Below are positions 29,862 through 40,709 of a stretch of DNA of 64,000 nt, piece after piece. Within the stretch, counting starts at the first letter, position 1; every line of letters begins with the position of its first letter. The stretch is from positions 1 through 64,000 of the forward strand of contig NZ_SBIV01000008.1 of the NCBI RefSeq assembly GCF_004765795.1. The letters run 5' to 3'. Origin of the DNA: Halorussus marinus. GTDB taxonomy: Archaea; Halobacteriota; Halobacteria; Halobacteriales; Haladaptataceae. The translations under genes were made by a program, and so were the position numbers. The notes under the pieces were generated by a model. It was given only the letters and a program-made list of their open reading frames with translations. It was not told the DNA's origin and searched no databases.

Positions 29862-30900
29862 CGCCGACACCTCCGGTCGCGGTCGAGGTCCCGGTTCCCA
29901 GCGACTCGTCGGCGACGGTCGACTCGTCGTAGCCCGACTGGTAGTAGACACAGGAGACGCGGTGGCCGTCCCCGATCTCTATCTCCTCGGGCTGGTCGCC
30001 GGTCCGACACGCGTCGACGGCGTGGTCGCACCGAGGCGCGAACCGACAGCCGTCTGGCGGATTGAGTGGGTCCGGAAGCGAGCCGGGGATGCCCCCGTCG
30101 CCCTGTCCCTTCCCGGGCAGACACTCCATCAGCGCCTGCGTGTAGGGGTGGGCCGGCCGCTCGAAGAGGTCGTAGACGCCGCCCCGCTCCATGACCTTGC
30201 CCGCGTACATCACCACGATGCGGTCGGCGACGTTGGCCACGACTCCGAGGTCGTGGGTCACGAACAGGATGCTCATGCCGTACTCGTCCTGTAGCTCGTC
30301 GAGCAGGCGCAGAATCTGGGCCTGGACGGTCACGTCGAGCGCGGTCGTCGGCTCGTCGGCGATGAGCAGATCCGGGTTCGTGGCCAGCGCCATCGCGATC
30401 ATCACCCGCTGGCGCTGGCCGCCCGAGAACTCGTGGGGGTAGTCGTCGAACCGCGCGGTGGCGTTGGCGATGCCGACCCTGTCGAGCAAGTCGACCGCCC
30501 GATCGCGGGCCGCCTCGTCGGAGACGTCCGGCTCGTGGATCTGGATGGCCTCGGCGATCTGCCACCCGATCGTGTAACAGTGGTTGAGCGCGTCTTGGGG
30601 GTTCTGGAAGATGTGAGCGATGTTGTTGCCCCGGATCTCCCTGAGCTCGGACTCGCTCATCTCCGTGATGTCCCGTCCGCGGAACCGGACGGTGCCTTCG
30701 ACCTGTCCGGGCGGCGACTTGACGAGCCGGGTGACCGATTCGGTCGCGACGGTCTTGCCCGAGCCCGATTCGCCGACGATACAGAGCGTCTCGCCTTCGC
30801 GGACGTCGAAGTCGATGCCGTCGACCGCAGTCAGCGTCCCGCCGTCGGTCTCGAACGTCGTCGTGAGACTGTCGACGGAGAGTAGTGGTGTGTCGTTCAT
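29854..30900 (-). CDS. dppD: Oligopeptide/dipeptide ABC ATPase (OppD/DppD-like)
   Basis: [33 protein letters not shown]. Confidence 0.88.
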   Translation of the reverse strand: MNDTPLLSVDSLTTTFETDGGTLTAVDGIDFDVREGETLCIVGESGSGKTVATESVTRLVKSPPGQVEGTVRFRGRDITEMSESELREIRGNNIAHIFQNPQDALNHCYTIGWQIAEAIQIHEPDVSDEAARDRAVDLLDRVGIANATARFDDYPHEFSGGQRQRVMIAMALATNPDLLIADEPTTALDVTVQAQILRLLDELQDEYGMSILFVTHDLGVVANVADRIVVMYAGKVMERGGVYDLFERPAHPYTQALMECLPGKGQGDGGIPGSLPDPLNPPDGCRFAPRCDHAVDACRTGDQPEEIEIGDGHRVSCVYYQSGYDESTVADESLGTGTSTATGGVGDD

Positions 30901-30906
30901 GTGGAA

Positions 30907-32094
30907 TCACTCCGACTCCGTTTCCGCTTCGGGGTTCAGTGCGTCTAGCAGTGCGTCGCCGAGGAAGTTGAAGGCGAGGATCGTCAGGAACAACACCAGT
31001 CCCGGCGCCAGCACGATCCACGGCGCGAACGAGAGGTCGCTCCGGCCGGCCGAGATGAGTTGGCCCCACGAGGGGACCGACGAGTCGCCCAGCCCGAGGA
31101 ACGAGAGCTGGGCCTCGGCGAGCAGGAACGCCGGGATCAGTAGCGTGATGTCGGTGATGATACTGCTCGCGGAGTTCGGGATGACGTGGTGGCGGATGAT
31201 CCGGTAGGAGCTCGCTCCGCTTATCTTGGTCGCTTTCATGTACTCTTCCTCGGTGACCGAGAGCGCCTTGCTCCGGACGTACCGGGCCATGCCCTCCCAC
31301 GAGAAGATCCCGAGCAACAGGATCAACAGCCACAGGCCACCGCCGAAGATGTAGATGATGAGCAGGTAGAGGATGAGCGTCGGGATCGACTGCTGGATGT
31401 CGACGTACCGCATCAGCACCTCGTCGACCATCCCGCCGGCGTACGCGCTGACCGTGCCGAACGCGGTGCCGATCACGACCGCGATGAGCGTCGAGATGAA
31501 CCCGACTTTCATGCTGATCTGCATCCCGTAGATGATCATCGTGAGAATGTCTTTACCGCCCTGGGTGGTTCCCAGCGGATGCTGCCACGTTCCGGCGCAA
31601 GCGCCGCCGGCGAGCGTGCCCACGCACTCGATGACGTAATTCTGGTCGATCGTCATCCAGATCGGCGGCTGGTACTTCCGGAACAGTTCGCTCTCGGTCG
31701 GGCTGATGAACAGCGGTCCGAGCACGCCGAGCAGGAAGATGGCGATCAGCCAGATCAGACTGACGACGGCCGGGCGGTTCTTTCGGAACTCCTTCCAGTA
31801 GTACCGAGTCATCCGGGGGTTCTGATACAGCGGCAACACCGCGTAGAACCCGAACAGGATGAGGGTGAACGCGAACATGTAGTCGAGCGGGATGACGTCG
31901 TAGCCCCAGCCGACGGCCTCGAACGTGGCGCTGTTTGCCGGCACGATGAAGTAATCGTACAGCAGGATCGCAACGAGCACGCCCGTCGAGATCAGCGTCC
32001 CGATCGCGTTCGTCGATAGCTCCCGGCCGCTGTTGCTGGCGATGTCGTCCCAGTCGACCTGATCGAAGTTGGGGTTGGATTTGTCAGTCGCCAT
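30907..32094 (-). CDS. dppC: Oligopeptide ABC permease (DppC-like)
   Basis: HPLGTT, LSFLGLG, FNFLGDAL. Confidence 0.88.
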   Translation of the reverse strand: MATDKSNPNFDQVDWDDIASNSGRELSTNAIGTLISTGVLVAILLYDYFIVPANSATFEAVGWGYDVIPLDYMFAFTLILFGFYAVLPLYQNPRMTRYYWKEFRKNRPAVVSLIWLIAIFLLGVLGPLFISPTESELFRKYQPPIWMTIDQNYVIECVGTLAGGACAGTWQHPLGTTQGGKDILTMIIYGMQISMKVGFISTLIAVVIGTAFGTVSAYAGGMVDEVLMRYVDIQQSIPTLILYLLIIYIFGGGLWLLILLLGIFSWEGMARYVRSKALSVTEEEYMKATKISGASSYRIIRHHVIPNSASSIITDITLLIPAFLLAEAQLSFLGLGDSSVPSWGQLISAGRSDLSFAPWIVLAPGLVLFLTILAFNFLGDALLDALNPEAETESE

Positions 32095-32095
32095 G

Positions 32096-33070
32096 TTATC
32101 TCTCGTCGAAGCTGATTCGGGGGTCGAGCACGGTGTAGACCACGTCCTGAAGCAGGTTCCCCACGGTCGCGATGAACGTGAAGAACAGCGTGGATCCGAG
32201 CACGAGGCTGGTGTCCTGAGCGATCACGGCCTGGAACGTCGTCTGGCCGAGTCCGGGGATGCCAAAGACGACCTCGACCAGCAGCGACGACCCGACGAAC
32301 AGGTAGAGCAACTGGGCGACGATCGTCGTCGACAGCGGCACCATGGTCGGCCGGAGGATGTGTCTCGCGTAGATCCGGAGCGGCGAGACCCCCTTCGCGG
32401 TGGCGGTCTTCACGAAGTCGGCGTTGATGTACTCGGCCGACTCGTTACGCGAGACCCGCATCGTGCCGCCGATCGAACCGGTCACCAGTACGAACACCGG
32501 GAGCACGAGCTGTATCGCGTTCTCGAGGCTGAACACCGCGACGTCGGTGTTGTACACGATAGGTACCACGTCCAGATACACGCCGAACACCAACAGGAGT
32601 ATGATACCGAAGAAGAAGTTCGGTATTGCGTACCCGAAGAACGCAAAGCCCGTCGCTACGTGGTCCTTCCAGCTGTACTGGTTTGCCGCCGAGTAGATAC
32701 CCACCAGCGGTCCCAAGAGGATCGTCAGTATGGTCCAGGGGACCGAGTACTGGGCGGTGTAGTACAGCGATTCGAGGAGCGCCTCGGTCACCGGTTGGTT
32801 GCGCGACTCCGACCACCCCCATTCGAGGGTGTACACGCCCGTCACGTAGTCGATGTACCGTTCGTGGAGCGGTGCGTCGAGGCCCCGAAGCTCGCGGGCC
32901 CGCTCGCGGGCCTCTGCGGGATCACCGCCCTGTAGCGCCGCCTGCGTCGCGGCCTGCGATACCTGCGGGTTCGGCGCCGCGGTCAGCAGTGCCCATGTGA
33001 GAGTGACGATGATGAACGTCACGATCACTGCCCATGCCACGCGTCTCGTTATATACCATTCGAGTCCCAT
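32096..33070 (-). CDS. dppB: Oligopeptide ABC permease (DppB-like)
   Basis: FVKTATAKG, EVVFGIPGLG, LDPRI. Confidence 0.88.
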   Translation of the reverse strand: MGLEWYITRRVAWAVIVTFIIVTLTWALLTAAPNPQVSQAATQAALQGGDPAEARERARELRGLDAPLHERYIDYVTGVYTLEWGWSESRNQPVTEALLESLYYTAQYSVPWTILTILLGPLVGIYSAANQYSWKDHVATGFAFFGYAIPNFFFGIILLLVFGVYLDVVPIVYNTDVAVFSLENAIQLVLPVFVLVTGSIGGTMRVSRNESAEYINADFVKTATAKGVSPLRIYARHILRPTMVPLSTTIVAQLLYLFVGSSLLVEVVFGIPGLGQTTFQAVIAQDTSLVLGSTLFFTFIATVGNLLQDVVYTVLDPRISFDER

Positions 33071-33125
33071 TGTATCACTAATCTCTCATTGTGTCGCGAA
33101 TAAAACGGCGAAGTCGGTCGTCGCG

Positions 33126-35021
33126 TTACTCCTCGAAGTGCCAGGTCGGGAAGTCCCAGCCGCTGAAGTAGTTCTCGATCGGGCCCTGAAGGCTGCTGTT
33201 GTACCCGATAGTGTCCGAGGGGAACGCCAGCATCCCCATCGGCTGGTCCTCCGAGATCTTGACGAAGATCTCTGCCAGCGCCTCCTTCAGCGCCTCCTCG
33301 CTTTCGGCGTTCTTCGCCTCCTGGAACAGTTCCTTGGCGTTCCACGACGGGTAGTAGCCGTAAGGGTTGTAGACGGAGTCTTTGAGGAAGAACACGTCGG
33401 CCGTCAGCGGATTCAGCGGATAGGCGTTCAGGCCGTACACCACCGACATGTCCCACGCGTTCTTGCTGGTGACCTCGCGGGGACCCGCGTTGTTCCGCCC
33501 GTTGCTCCACTCGTACTGGTCGGGGTTGTCGGGAACCTGCTGTTGCCAGTAGTCGTTGGCGAACTTCGTGGCGTCGATGGCGTTGAGTTCGACGTTGATA
33601 CCGGCGTTCTTGTCGAGCTCTTGAGCGATGTACTGCGCGAAGTTCTTCTCGGTGTTCTGGCCGGCGACGTGGTAGAGACTGAGCGAGACCTGATCGCCTT
33701 CGGGGGTGACCAGTCGGTCGCCGTCGTAGCTGTAGTCGTACTCGACGTTTTCGATGGCGCTCTCGATACGACTACGGGTCTCCTTCGGTCCGTAGAGGTC
33801 GCCGGTCCCGAAGGTCATCAGTTCGTCCTCGCCGGGGAACCACTTCGACCACGGGGGCTGCCAGGTGTACTCGACGTCGGCGTAGCCGCGATAGACGCCC
33901 TTGACGAGCCGTTCCTTGTTGATGGCGGAGGCGAGCCCCTGCCGGAACTTCTTCTCGCGGAAGAGGTTACCGGGGCCGGCGCTCCAGCCGTTGTCCCGCA
34001 TGTTGTACGTACAGACCTCGTTGTACGACTGAGGCTGGACGCTGACGTACGTGCTCTCGAGGTCCTGGAACTCCGACACGCGATTCGGCGGAACCGCCGC
34101 GGTGTCGGCCTCGCCGGTCTCCAGCGCCGCGAGGCGCGAGGCCTCCTCGCCAACGACGCTGATCTCGATGCCCTCGAAGTACGGCGCGTTGCTGAAGGCT
34201 TCGGGGAGGTCGTCGGCCTCCTGAAGGTAGTAGTCGTCGTTTCGCGAGAACGTGATGCCGGAGCCTCTGTTCCATTCGTCGAGGCTGAAGGCGCCGAGGT
34301 TTCCGGTAAACGTGAGTTCCAGCAGGTCCTCGTCCTCCTGGAACCCCTTGGCGTCTTCCTCGTCGACGTACGGCTTCATCAGGTCGATCGGGATGGGGTA
34401 GAGGGACGGGTCGTAGGTTTCGAGGTAGAGCGGGTCGGGACTCGGGAGCTCGATCTGGAACTCGTAGGTGCCGGTCTGCTCGACGTTGAGCGGCTCGTCG
34501 TTTCGGTACCAGTTCGTGCTGTCGGGGGTGTTCGCCCACTCGGTCTGCTGGACCTCCTGGATCTGATAGGTGAACGTCTCTGCGGTGACCTCGCCGTAGG
34601 GATCGCTGAACTCCATGTTCTCGCGGAGGCTCGCGACCCACACTTCGTTGTCGTCGCTGGAGAGCTCCATCGTGAGCGGGAGCTGTTCGGTCCCCGGTCG
34701 GAAGCTGTAGTTCGGATCGAGCGTGTACTCGATGGCGACGCCGGCGCCGTAGGTGTCGTTGTATATCGGGTTGAGCGTCTCGTAGGTTGCCGACGCCAGG
34801 CTGTTGTACGTGCCGCTGACGGAGGGCAGTTCGCCGTCGCCCTCGGTCGTCTCCGAGCCGCCCATCGGGTCGTCCTCGGTCGTCTCTGCGGTCGTCTCCT
34901 GGTCGCCACCGCCCGAACAGCCAGCGAGGCCCGCAGCACCGGCGACGCCCAGCGCCTGGAGCCATCGCCGCCGTTTCATCTGATGTGCCTCGTCACCACG
35001 CCTGTCAATGTCGTGTGGCAT
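33126..35021 (-). CDS. dppA: Oligopeptide ABC substrate-binding lipoprotein (family 5), Tat + LAGC lipobox
   Basis: KRRRWLQALG...GLAGC; adjacent to dppBCDF. Confidence 0.88.
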   Translation of the reverse strand: MPHDIDRRGDEAHQMKRRRWLQALGVAGAAGLAGCSGGGDQETTAETTEDDPMGGSETTEGDGELPSVSGTYNSLASATYETLNPIYNDTYGAGVAIEYTLDPNYSFRPGTEQLPLTMELSSDDNEVWVASLRENMEFSDPYGEVTAETFTYQIQEVQQTEWANTPDSTNWYRNDEPLNVEQTGTYEFQIELPSPDPLYLETYDPSLYPIPIDLMKPYVDEEDAKGFQEDEDLLELTFTGNLGAFSLDEWNRGSGITFSRNDDYYLQEADDLPEAFSNAPYFEGIEISVVGEEASRLAALETGEADTAAVPPNRVSEFQDLESTYVSVQPQSYNEVCTYNMRDNGWSAGPGNLFREKKFRQGLASAINKERLVKGVYRGYADVEYTWQPPWSKWFPGEDELMTFGTGDLYGPKETRSRIESAIENVEYDYSYDGDRLVTPEGDQVSLSLYHVAGQNTEKNFAQYIAQELDKNAGINVELNAIDATKFANDYWQQQVPDNPDQYEWSNGRNNAGPREVTSKNAWDMSVVYGLNAYPLNPLTADVFFLKDSVYNPYGYYPSWNAKELFQEAKNAESEEALKEALAEIFVKISEDQPMGMLAFPSDTIGYNSSLQGPIENYFSGWDFPTWHFEE

Positions 35022-35164
35022 AACATCCCAATAATAGAGGGGGTACTTAAAAACTGCGACATCTTTAGAGCGTAGGTCGCCACTATCCCGTAATTACCGC
35101 CGCTTGTAAGCGAGTACAAATGGATAAATCGACACTTACCGTGCCGAACCGGTCGCTTTCGAAC

Positions 35165-35776
35165 TCAGACGTCCCGACAGTCGACGCAGATCAACTGGCC
35201 GTTGACGTTCGACAGTTCCCGGCTCAGGGTACCGCAGGCCTCGCAGATGCTCCGGTCGGAGTACTCCGCGCTGTCGCCGTTGTCGGTGACGCCGCCGATC
35301 GGGTCGGCGCCGACCGGATCGGTCTCGGCGGGGGCGTCGGCGACGGGACTGCCGGCGACGGGGTGGCGCCCGTCCCGGAACGACGGAACCCCCGAGAGCG
35401 ACGCCGACGCCGAGATGATGTCGCGCTCGTCGAGCAGTCCCAGAAGCTCGCCGTCCTCCTCGACGACGATGCGTCGGATGTCCTCGCGCGACATCGTCCC
35501 CGCGGCGTCCGCCAGCCCGCGGTCGGCCTCGACCGAGATTATCGGCTCGGACATCACCTCCGAAACCGGAGTGTCGGCGGGATCGGCCTCGTCGGCGACC
35601 ACCCCGAGCACGTCCGACTCGGTCATGATGCCGACCGGCTCGCTCCCCCGGAGGACCACCACGCTCCCGACCCCCTCCTCGTCCATGAGCCCCACCGCGC
35701 CCAGCACGGTGTCCGACTCGCTGACCCCGACGAATTCGCGGGACATCACGTCCCTGACAGTCACTTCGGTTTCCAT
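35165..35776 (-). CDS. CBS-pair protein with C-terminal Zn finger
   Basis: VRDVMS/GIMTESD CBS repeats; CEACG...CVDC. Confidence 0.85.
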   Translation of the reverse strand: METEVTVRDVMSREFVGVSESDTVLGAVGLMDEEGVGSVVVLRGSEPVGIMTESDVLGVVADEADPADTPVSEVMSEPIISVEADRGLADAAGTMSREDIRRIVVEEDGELLGLLDERDIISASASLSGVPSFRDGRHPVAGSPVADAPAETDPVGADPIGGVTDNGDSAEYSDRSICEACGTLSRELSNVNGQLICVDCRDV

Positions 35777-35871
35777 ATGCGAACCATTGCCACAGTCTCT
35801 CTAAAAAGTATCCCCGGCAAGCTTAAGCCGGTGACGGCCCTACGTTAACGGTTGTTTGACCCGGTCCGATC

Positions 35872-36633
35872 TCACCGGTCGATGACGACGCGGTCGCCGT
35901 CGTCCCGACACACTTCGAGGGCGTGTTTCGCCGCCATCCCCGCCGACTGGGCGGTCCGGGCCTGTCCGACTCCGACCTTGAGCTCGACCGACACCGTCTC
36001 CTGGACGTGCTCGAGGGCGTCCTCGTAGGCCGCCCGGTCGAGATCCGGACACGTCGCGATGATGTTGTCGCCGCCGACGAAGAAGGCCAGCCCGTCGTGG
36101 GCCTTCCGGAGGTACCGCATCAGTTCGGCGTACCCCTGTTCGATCCGGATGAACGAGTCGTAGGCGTTCATTCGATCGGTGTACTTGCCGGTGGCGTCGT
36201 TCACGTCGAAGTGCGCGAGCTGGACGTCGTCGCCCGCCCGGTCGTCGGTGTCGAGGGTCTCACCTCGGAGGATCTCTGTCCGAGAACCGTCCTGTGCGCT
36301 CCCGGCGTCCTGGATGTGGGCGGTCGCCGTTTCGAGGGCCTCGGCCGGGCTCGGGTCGACGCCGATACCGAAGCTGACCGTCACCGGGTAGCGGTTCGCG
36401 ACCGACTCCTGCATCAGGCCGTGGTCGTCGCGGTCGATCCCGTTCGTGACCGCGATCATGTTGTCGAACCGGGTGAAGAAGACGTACCCCTCCCGGTTGC
36501 CGACGAGCTGCGAGAGGTCGGCGTAGAGCCGCGACTGCAGGGTCTGGAGGTCGACCTCTCGGCGAGGCTCGGGCGTCACTGTCCACGGTCCGTAGTTGTC
36601 GATCTGGATCAGGGTGACCTGCGTGTTCGTCAC
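35872..36633 (-). CDS. gch3: GTP cyclohydrolase III
   Basis: QIDNYGPWTVTP, FTRFDN, FVGGDN. Confidence 0.92.
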   Translation of the reverse strand: MTNTQVTLIQIDNYGPWTVTPEPRREVDLQTLQSRLYADLSQLVGNREGYVFFTRFDNMIAVTNGIDRDDHGLMQESVANRYPVTVSFGIGVDPSPAEALETATAHIQDAGSAQDGSRTEILRGETLDTDDRAGDDVQLAHFDVNDATGKYTDRMNAYDSFIRIEQGYAELMRYLRKAHDGLAFFVGGDNIIATCPDLDRAAYEDALEHVQETVSVELKVGVGQARTAQSAGMAAKHALEVCRDDGDRVVIDR

Positions 36634-36755
36634 TGTTGGTTCGAGTTTAGGAGCCCCGGCTTATAAGCTATCCTAATCGTGGTAGTGTTTCCAGAACTGA
36701 GAACGTCCCGCCCGTTCCGGGGGATTCAAACCGCAGTCTCCCCTCCACCCCGCTA

Positions 36756-37496
36756 ATGACCATCCCCTCCTTCGTCGTCGGCATCGCCGGCGGGACCGGG
36801 GCAGGAAAGACGACGGTGGCCCGCGAGATCACCGACGAGGTCGACGACTCGGTGACCCGCATTCCGATGGACAACTACTACAAGGACCTCTCGCACCTCG
36901 ACTACGAGGAGCGGGCGGAGGTCAACTACGACCACCCCTCGGCGTTCGAGTGGGAACTGCTCCGCGAGCACTTCGACTCGCTGTTGTCGGGCCAGCCGAT
37001 CGAGATGCCCCAGTACGACTTTTCGGTGCACAACCGAAAGGACGAGACCGTGACGGTCGAGCCGACCGACGTCATCGTCCTCGAAGGCATCTTCGCGCTC
37101 TACGACGAGGAGCTCAACGACATGCTCGATCTGCAGGTGTACGTCGAGACCGACGCGGACGTGCGTATCCTCCGACGCATCGAACGTGACGTGGTCGATC
37201 GCGGGCGGGACCTCGAAGGCGTGATCGACCAGTACCTCTCGACGGTGAAGCCGATGCACGAGCAGTTCGTCGAACCCACCAAGAAGCGCGCCGACATCAT
37301 CATCCCCGAAGGGGCGAACGCGGTCGCGGTGGGACTACTAGAGGAGAAGGTCCGAGCCGAGACCTACACCGACTCGGGATCGGGGTGGCGACTCGGCGAC
37401 GACGGCGTCGAGCGAGAGGAGCGGGGCGGCTACGCGGTGACGGGCGGCGTCGGCGACGAGGCCGAGGACAACGACGAGTTTCCGATGGACGACTAG
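36756..37496 (+). CDS. udk: Uridine kinase
   Basis: GIAGGTGAGKTT, NYDHPSAF, RDVVDRGR. Confidence 0.93.
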   Translation: MTIPSFVVGIAGGTGAGKTTVAREITDEVDDSVTRIPMDNYYKDLSHLDYEERAEVNYDHPSAFEWELLREHFDSLLSGQPIEMPQYDFSVHNRKDETVTVEPTDVIVLEGIFALYDEELNDMLDLQVYVETDADVRILRRIERDVVDRGRDLEGVIDQYLSTVKPMHEQFVEPTKKRADIIIPEGANAVAVGLLEEKVRAETYTDSGSGWRLGDDGVEREERGGYAVTGGVGDEAEDNDEFPMDD

Positions 37497-37813
37497 GCGC
37501 TCTTTTTCTCGGGATCGTCGCCCTTCGGGTGGTAGTCCCAGAACCCGCCGGCGCGCATCGCCGGGCCGACCGCCTTGTGGAAGTCGAGGATCGACTCGAA
37601 CTCCGCCTGTTCGACGTGTTCGAAGATGTCGGCGACGCTGACGACCCGCTGGTAGTTGATCCGCACCGGTTCGTCGCCGTGGGCCTCGACGAACTCCTCG
37701 CGGGACAGCGGGAAGTCCTCCTCGTCGTCGAGTTTCTTCGCGAGCACGGCCATGCCGTACTTGCGCCCGCCTTCGCTTCCCTCTTCGCCGTCGGGATCGT
37801 GCGGCCAGTCCAT
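37493..37813 (-). CDS. Conserved haloarchaeal hypothetical protein (DUF5785-like)
   Basis: MDWPHDPDGEEGSEGGRKY N-terminus. Confidence 0.7.
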   Translation of the reverse strand: MDWPHDPDGEEGSEGGRKYGMAVLAKKLDDEEDFPLSREEFVEAHGDEPVRINYQRVVSVADIFEHVEQAEFESILDFHKAVGPAMRAGGFWDYHPKGDDPEKKSA

Positions 37814-38032
37814 GCCTGATACGTGGGAGTGGTCGCTAAAAGGGTTTACCGTTCGCTGGCGATCCGCTTGGGCTCGCTCGACCCCGCGGGACGGCTCGAC
37901 CCGCGCACGCTACCGGTCGGGAACAGTGGCGTCGCTGACAACAGCGGCGCGTTATCACCGAACGAGACGGCGAGCGTTCGATCTCGAACGGCGACGACTC
38001 CGGTCGCTCGCGGTGTCGCTCGTCGGAGAATG

Positions 38033-38115
38033 CGGTGGGACTGGGATTTGAACCCAGGAGGCTTGACGCCACCTGCTTTCAAGGCAGGCGCAATAGGCCG
38101 CTCTGCCATCCCACC
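38033..38115 (-). tRNA. tRNA-Ser(TGA)
   Basis: GGTGGGA...CCTGC-CT-TGA-AA-GCAGG, long variable arm, GTTCAAATC, discriminator G. Confidence 0.95.
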
Positions 38116-38157
38116 ACGTCTCGGCGTAACCGCCCGACCCGTATAAGGATTGTCGGT

Positions 38158-38913
38158 CTACTCGCGGACCAGCGTCGGCTCCCCGTCGCGTTCGACGACC
38201 CGGAGCCCCCACTCCCGGAGGAGCGTCGCGGTGTGTTCGGGGACGATGCGGCCCGCGGCGACCCGGGCGTTCAGCGTCGGCACCAGCGATCGGAGGTCCT
38301 CGCCGGTCTCGATGCTTGTCTCGCGGTCCAGATACTCGACGTCGTGGCCCGCGTCGACGCCGCGGTTGGTCAGGGTCTCGATCGCCGGCGTCGCGTACGC
38401 CCCCTCGAAGTCGACGGTATCGGTGAACCCCGCGAAGTAGACCCGACCGCGCTCGCTGGGACCGAGCACGACCTCGTTGCGCCGGAGCTTCATCGCGGCG
38501 CTGTCGATCTCCTTGCGCGTGAGCATCGGGGCGGTGCCCGGGACGACCGCCGCCGACTGGACCTCCTCGCGGTCGAGCAGGTGGGTGACGGTGTTGCCCG
38601 CCCGCGCGGCGAACGTGGAGCCGGCCTGCACCTCAAAGCGCGCCTCGCCGGGGTCGGCGAGCGCGTCGGCCGCGAGCGCCCGGAGTTGGGCCTCGGCGCT
38701 CTCCTCGCCGACGTGTTCGTCGGCCAGCAGGTCGTCGGGGCGGTAGTTCACGAGGAGTTCGCCCCCGCTCCGTTCGGCGGCCCGGAAGGTGTCTTTGAGC
38801 GACGCGGCGTAGAGCTCTGTGGCCTCCTCGGCCGAGAGCGGCGACGACTCGGCGAGTTCCGGCAGTACGAGCCCCGGTCGCGGCGGGTCGGCGAAGACCG
38901 CGATGACTGTCAT
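38158..38913 (-). CDS. Glycosyltransferase A-fold / CofC-like protein (DUF2064-like)
   Basis: VFADPPRPG, LYAASLKD, VVLGPSERG. Confidence 0.65.
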   Translation of the reverse strand: MTVIAVFADPPRPGLVLPELAESSPLSAEEATELYAASLKDTFRAAERSGGELLVNYRPDDLLADEHVGEESAEAQLRALAADALADPGEARFEVQAGSTFAARAGNTVTHLLDREEVQSAAVVPGTAPMLTRKEIDSAAMKLRRNEVVLGPSERGRVYFAGFTDTVDFEGAYATPAIETLTNRGVDAGHDVEYLDRETSIETGEDLRSLVPTLNARVAAGRIVPEHTATLLREWGLRVVERDGEPTLVRE

Positions 38914-39057
38914 GGGAGTACCTCGGGCGGCCGCGGTCTTGAAAGCCGCCATTCGTCGCGTCCGGTCGGGCGACGGACTGGGCGCCGACCCCCTATCGAG
39001 CGGTCGAACGGGTCGACGGGCCACAGCACCTACGCCGCCCGAGCCCCTACCCACCGT

Positions 39058-39429
39058 ATGGTCGAACGCGAACTCGGACACGCGACGATCGTCTACGAGG
39101 ATCCCGACGACGGCACCGTCGAGCGCACCGTCGAGAACGAGCACGTCGCCTACTTTCAGGATCACTGGCTCGTCAAGACCGACGACCACGACGCCGACCA
39201 CGACGTCGTCCGGCGGATTCCCGCGAACCGGGTGTACTACGTCGAGCGGTCGGTCGAGGAGTTCGAGGCCGAGATGAAGACGATCCGCGATCAGGTCCAG
39301 TCGGTCGCCGACGACCTCCGATCGAAGCTGTTCGGCGACCAGACGCACGGCGACGAGACCGAGGTGTACCGGATCGACGTCGAGAGCGGCGAACCGGTCG
39401 ACGACGACGACCGCGACGACGCCGAGTGA
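39058..39429 (+). CDS. Hypothetical protein
   Basis: Acidic ORF MVERELGHATIVY...NEHVAYFQDHW. Confidence 0.7.
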   Translation: MVERELGHATIVYEDPDDGTVERTVENEHVAYFQDHWLVKTDDHDADHDVVRRIPANRVYYVERSVEEFEAEMKTIRDQVQSVADDLRSKLFGDQTHGDETEVYRIDVESGEPVDDDDRDDAE

Positions 39430-39487
39430 GCCGACCCGCGACCCGGATTCCTACACGCTTTTATCTCGGGGATGCGTCGGCACGGGT

Positions 39488-39688
39488 ATGTACTGGTGGC
39501 GACTCCTCGCCGCGGTAGGCGCCGTCTCGGTTGCGTTCGTGGCGGTCGGTAGCCTCGTCAGACTCCTCGACACCGTGACCGCGAGCACCGCCGCGCTCGC
39601 AGTGATCGCGGTGGTCGCCGCGTGCGTGCTGGCGGCGGGCCGGCTGGGCTCGGGCCCCGCGAGTCGGCTATCGACCTCCTACTGGTAG
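39488..39688 (+). CDS. Small two-TM membrane protein
   Basis: Hydrophobic 66 aa ending STSYW; TATA-like TTTTAT at ~39459. Confidence 0.6.
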   Translation: MYWWRLLAAVGAVSVAFVAVGSLVRLLDTVTASTAALAVIAVVAACVLAAGRLGSGPASRLSTSYW

Positions 39689-39695
39689 GCTCGAC

Positions 39696-40328
39696 TCAGC
39701 GGCTCCGCCGGCCCTTCGTCTGGCGGTAGTCCCGAGCCATCAGCGACTCGAAGTGGTCGAGAAACGCCCGCTTGCGCTCGCCAGTCAGATCGACGGGATC
39801 GGCCAGCGGGACCAGCTCGAACCCCCGGCCCCGGATCGTGGTCGCGTGGGCGTCGGGGAACGCGAACGACTCGGCGGGCGAGGTGGTGTACTCGGCCGCG
39901 AGCTCGCGGAGCGCGCGCCCGCCGACCGGGACGAGGATTTCGGGGTTTATCATCCGGATCTCGGCGTTCAGGTACGGCTCGCAGGTCCCGACCTCGGCGT
40001 CGGTCGGCGGTCGTTCGGGGTCCCGACACCGCGCGAGGTAGGTCACGAAGGCGTTGTCGAGTTCGGGCTCGTCGGCGCTCGGTAGCGAGCTGTTGAGCCC
40101 GAGTCGCCCGAGCACGTCCTGGAGGGCCTCGCCGCGCTCGTCGCCGGTGAAGGGGACGCCGGTTCGGTCGGCCCCCGACCCGGGCGCCTCGCCGACGAAC
40201 AGGAAGTCAGCGCCCACGTCCCCGTAGCCGTGGACGACGCGCTCGCGGGTCTCACACAGCGCCGGGCAGTTCTCGCAGTCGGCGTCCATGCCGAAGGGGT
40301 TCGAGGCGGTCTGCTGGTTCGCGTCCAT
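39696..40328 (-). CDS. Uracil-DNA glycosylase-like protein (family 4 type, Fe-S)
   Basis: CENCPALC, FVGEAP, GVPFTG, CEPYLNAEI. Confidence 0.85.
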   Translation of the reverse strand: MDANQQTASNPFGMDADCENCPALCETRERVVHGYGDVGADFLFVGEAPGSGADRTGVPFTGDERGEALQDVLGRLGLNSSLPSADEPELDNAFVTYLARCRDPERPPTDAEVGTCEPYLNAEIRMINPEILVPVGGRALRELAAEYTTSPAESFAFPDAHATTIRGRGFELVPLADPVDLTGERKRAFLDHFESLMARDYRQTKGRRSR

Positions 40329-40383
40329 CGTCCGTCCGATAGGGAGTCGAGCGGGAAAAACCGGTCGAACGGCCCCGACCGAA

Positions 40384-40656
40384 TCAGTTCGCGTCCGCGT
40401 CGAGTGTGACGCCGTCCGCCCCTTCGGCCGGCTTGAACCGGATCGAGGCCACGCCCTGTCCGCCGACCCAGCCGTCGAACGCCACCAGTCCGTGCTCGGC
40501 CGCGGCGTCGAAAAGGTCCGAGAGATCGGTCCGGAACCCGTCGGCGTCGACGACGACCCTGACTGCCACCTCCTCGCCGTGACGGTCCACGTCGAACTCG
40601 CTCGCCGCCGCGAACGCGTCGAGACGATCAGCCGTCGATCGAGAATCGTCGCTCAT
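40384..40656 (-). CDS. Hypothetical protein
   Basis: Acidic 90-aa ORF from ATG 40656, TATA-like at ~40684. Confidence 0.55.
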   Translation of the reverse strand: MSDDSRSTADRLDAFAAASEFDVDRHGEEVAVRVVVDADGFRTDLSDLFDAAAEHGLVAFDGWVGGQGVASIRFKPAEGADGVTLDADAN

Positions 40657-40709
40657 CGAGTGGCGGTTCGTCGCCCCTCGGCATAAATCTGTAGCCCCGT
40701 CTCGGCGAC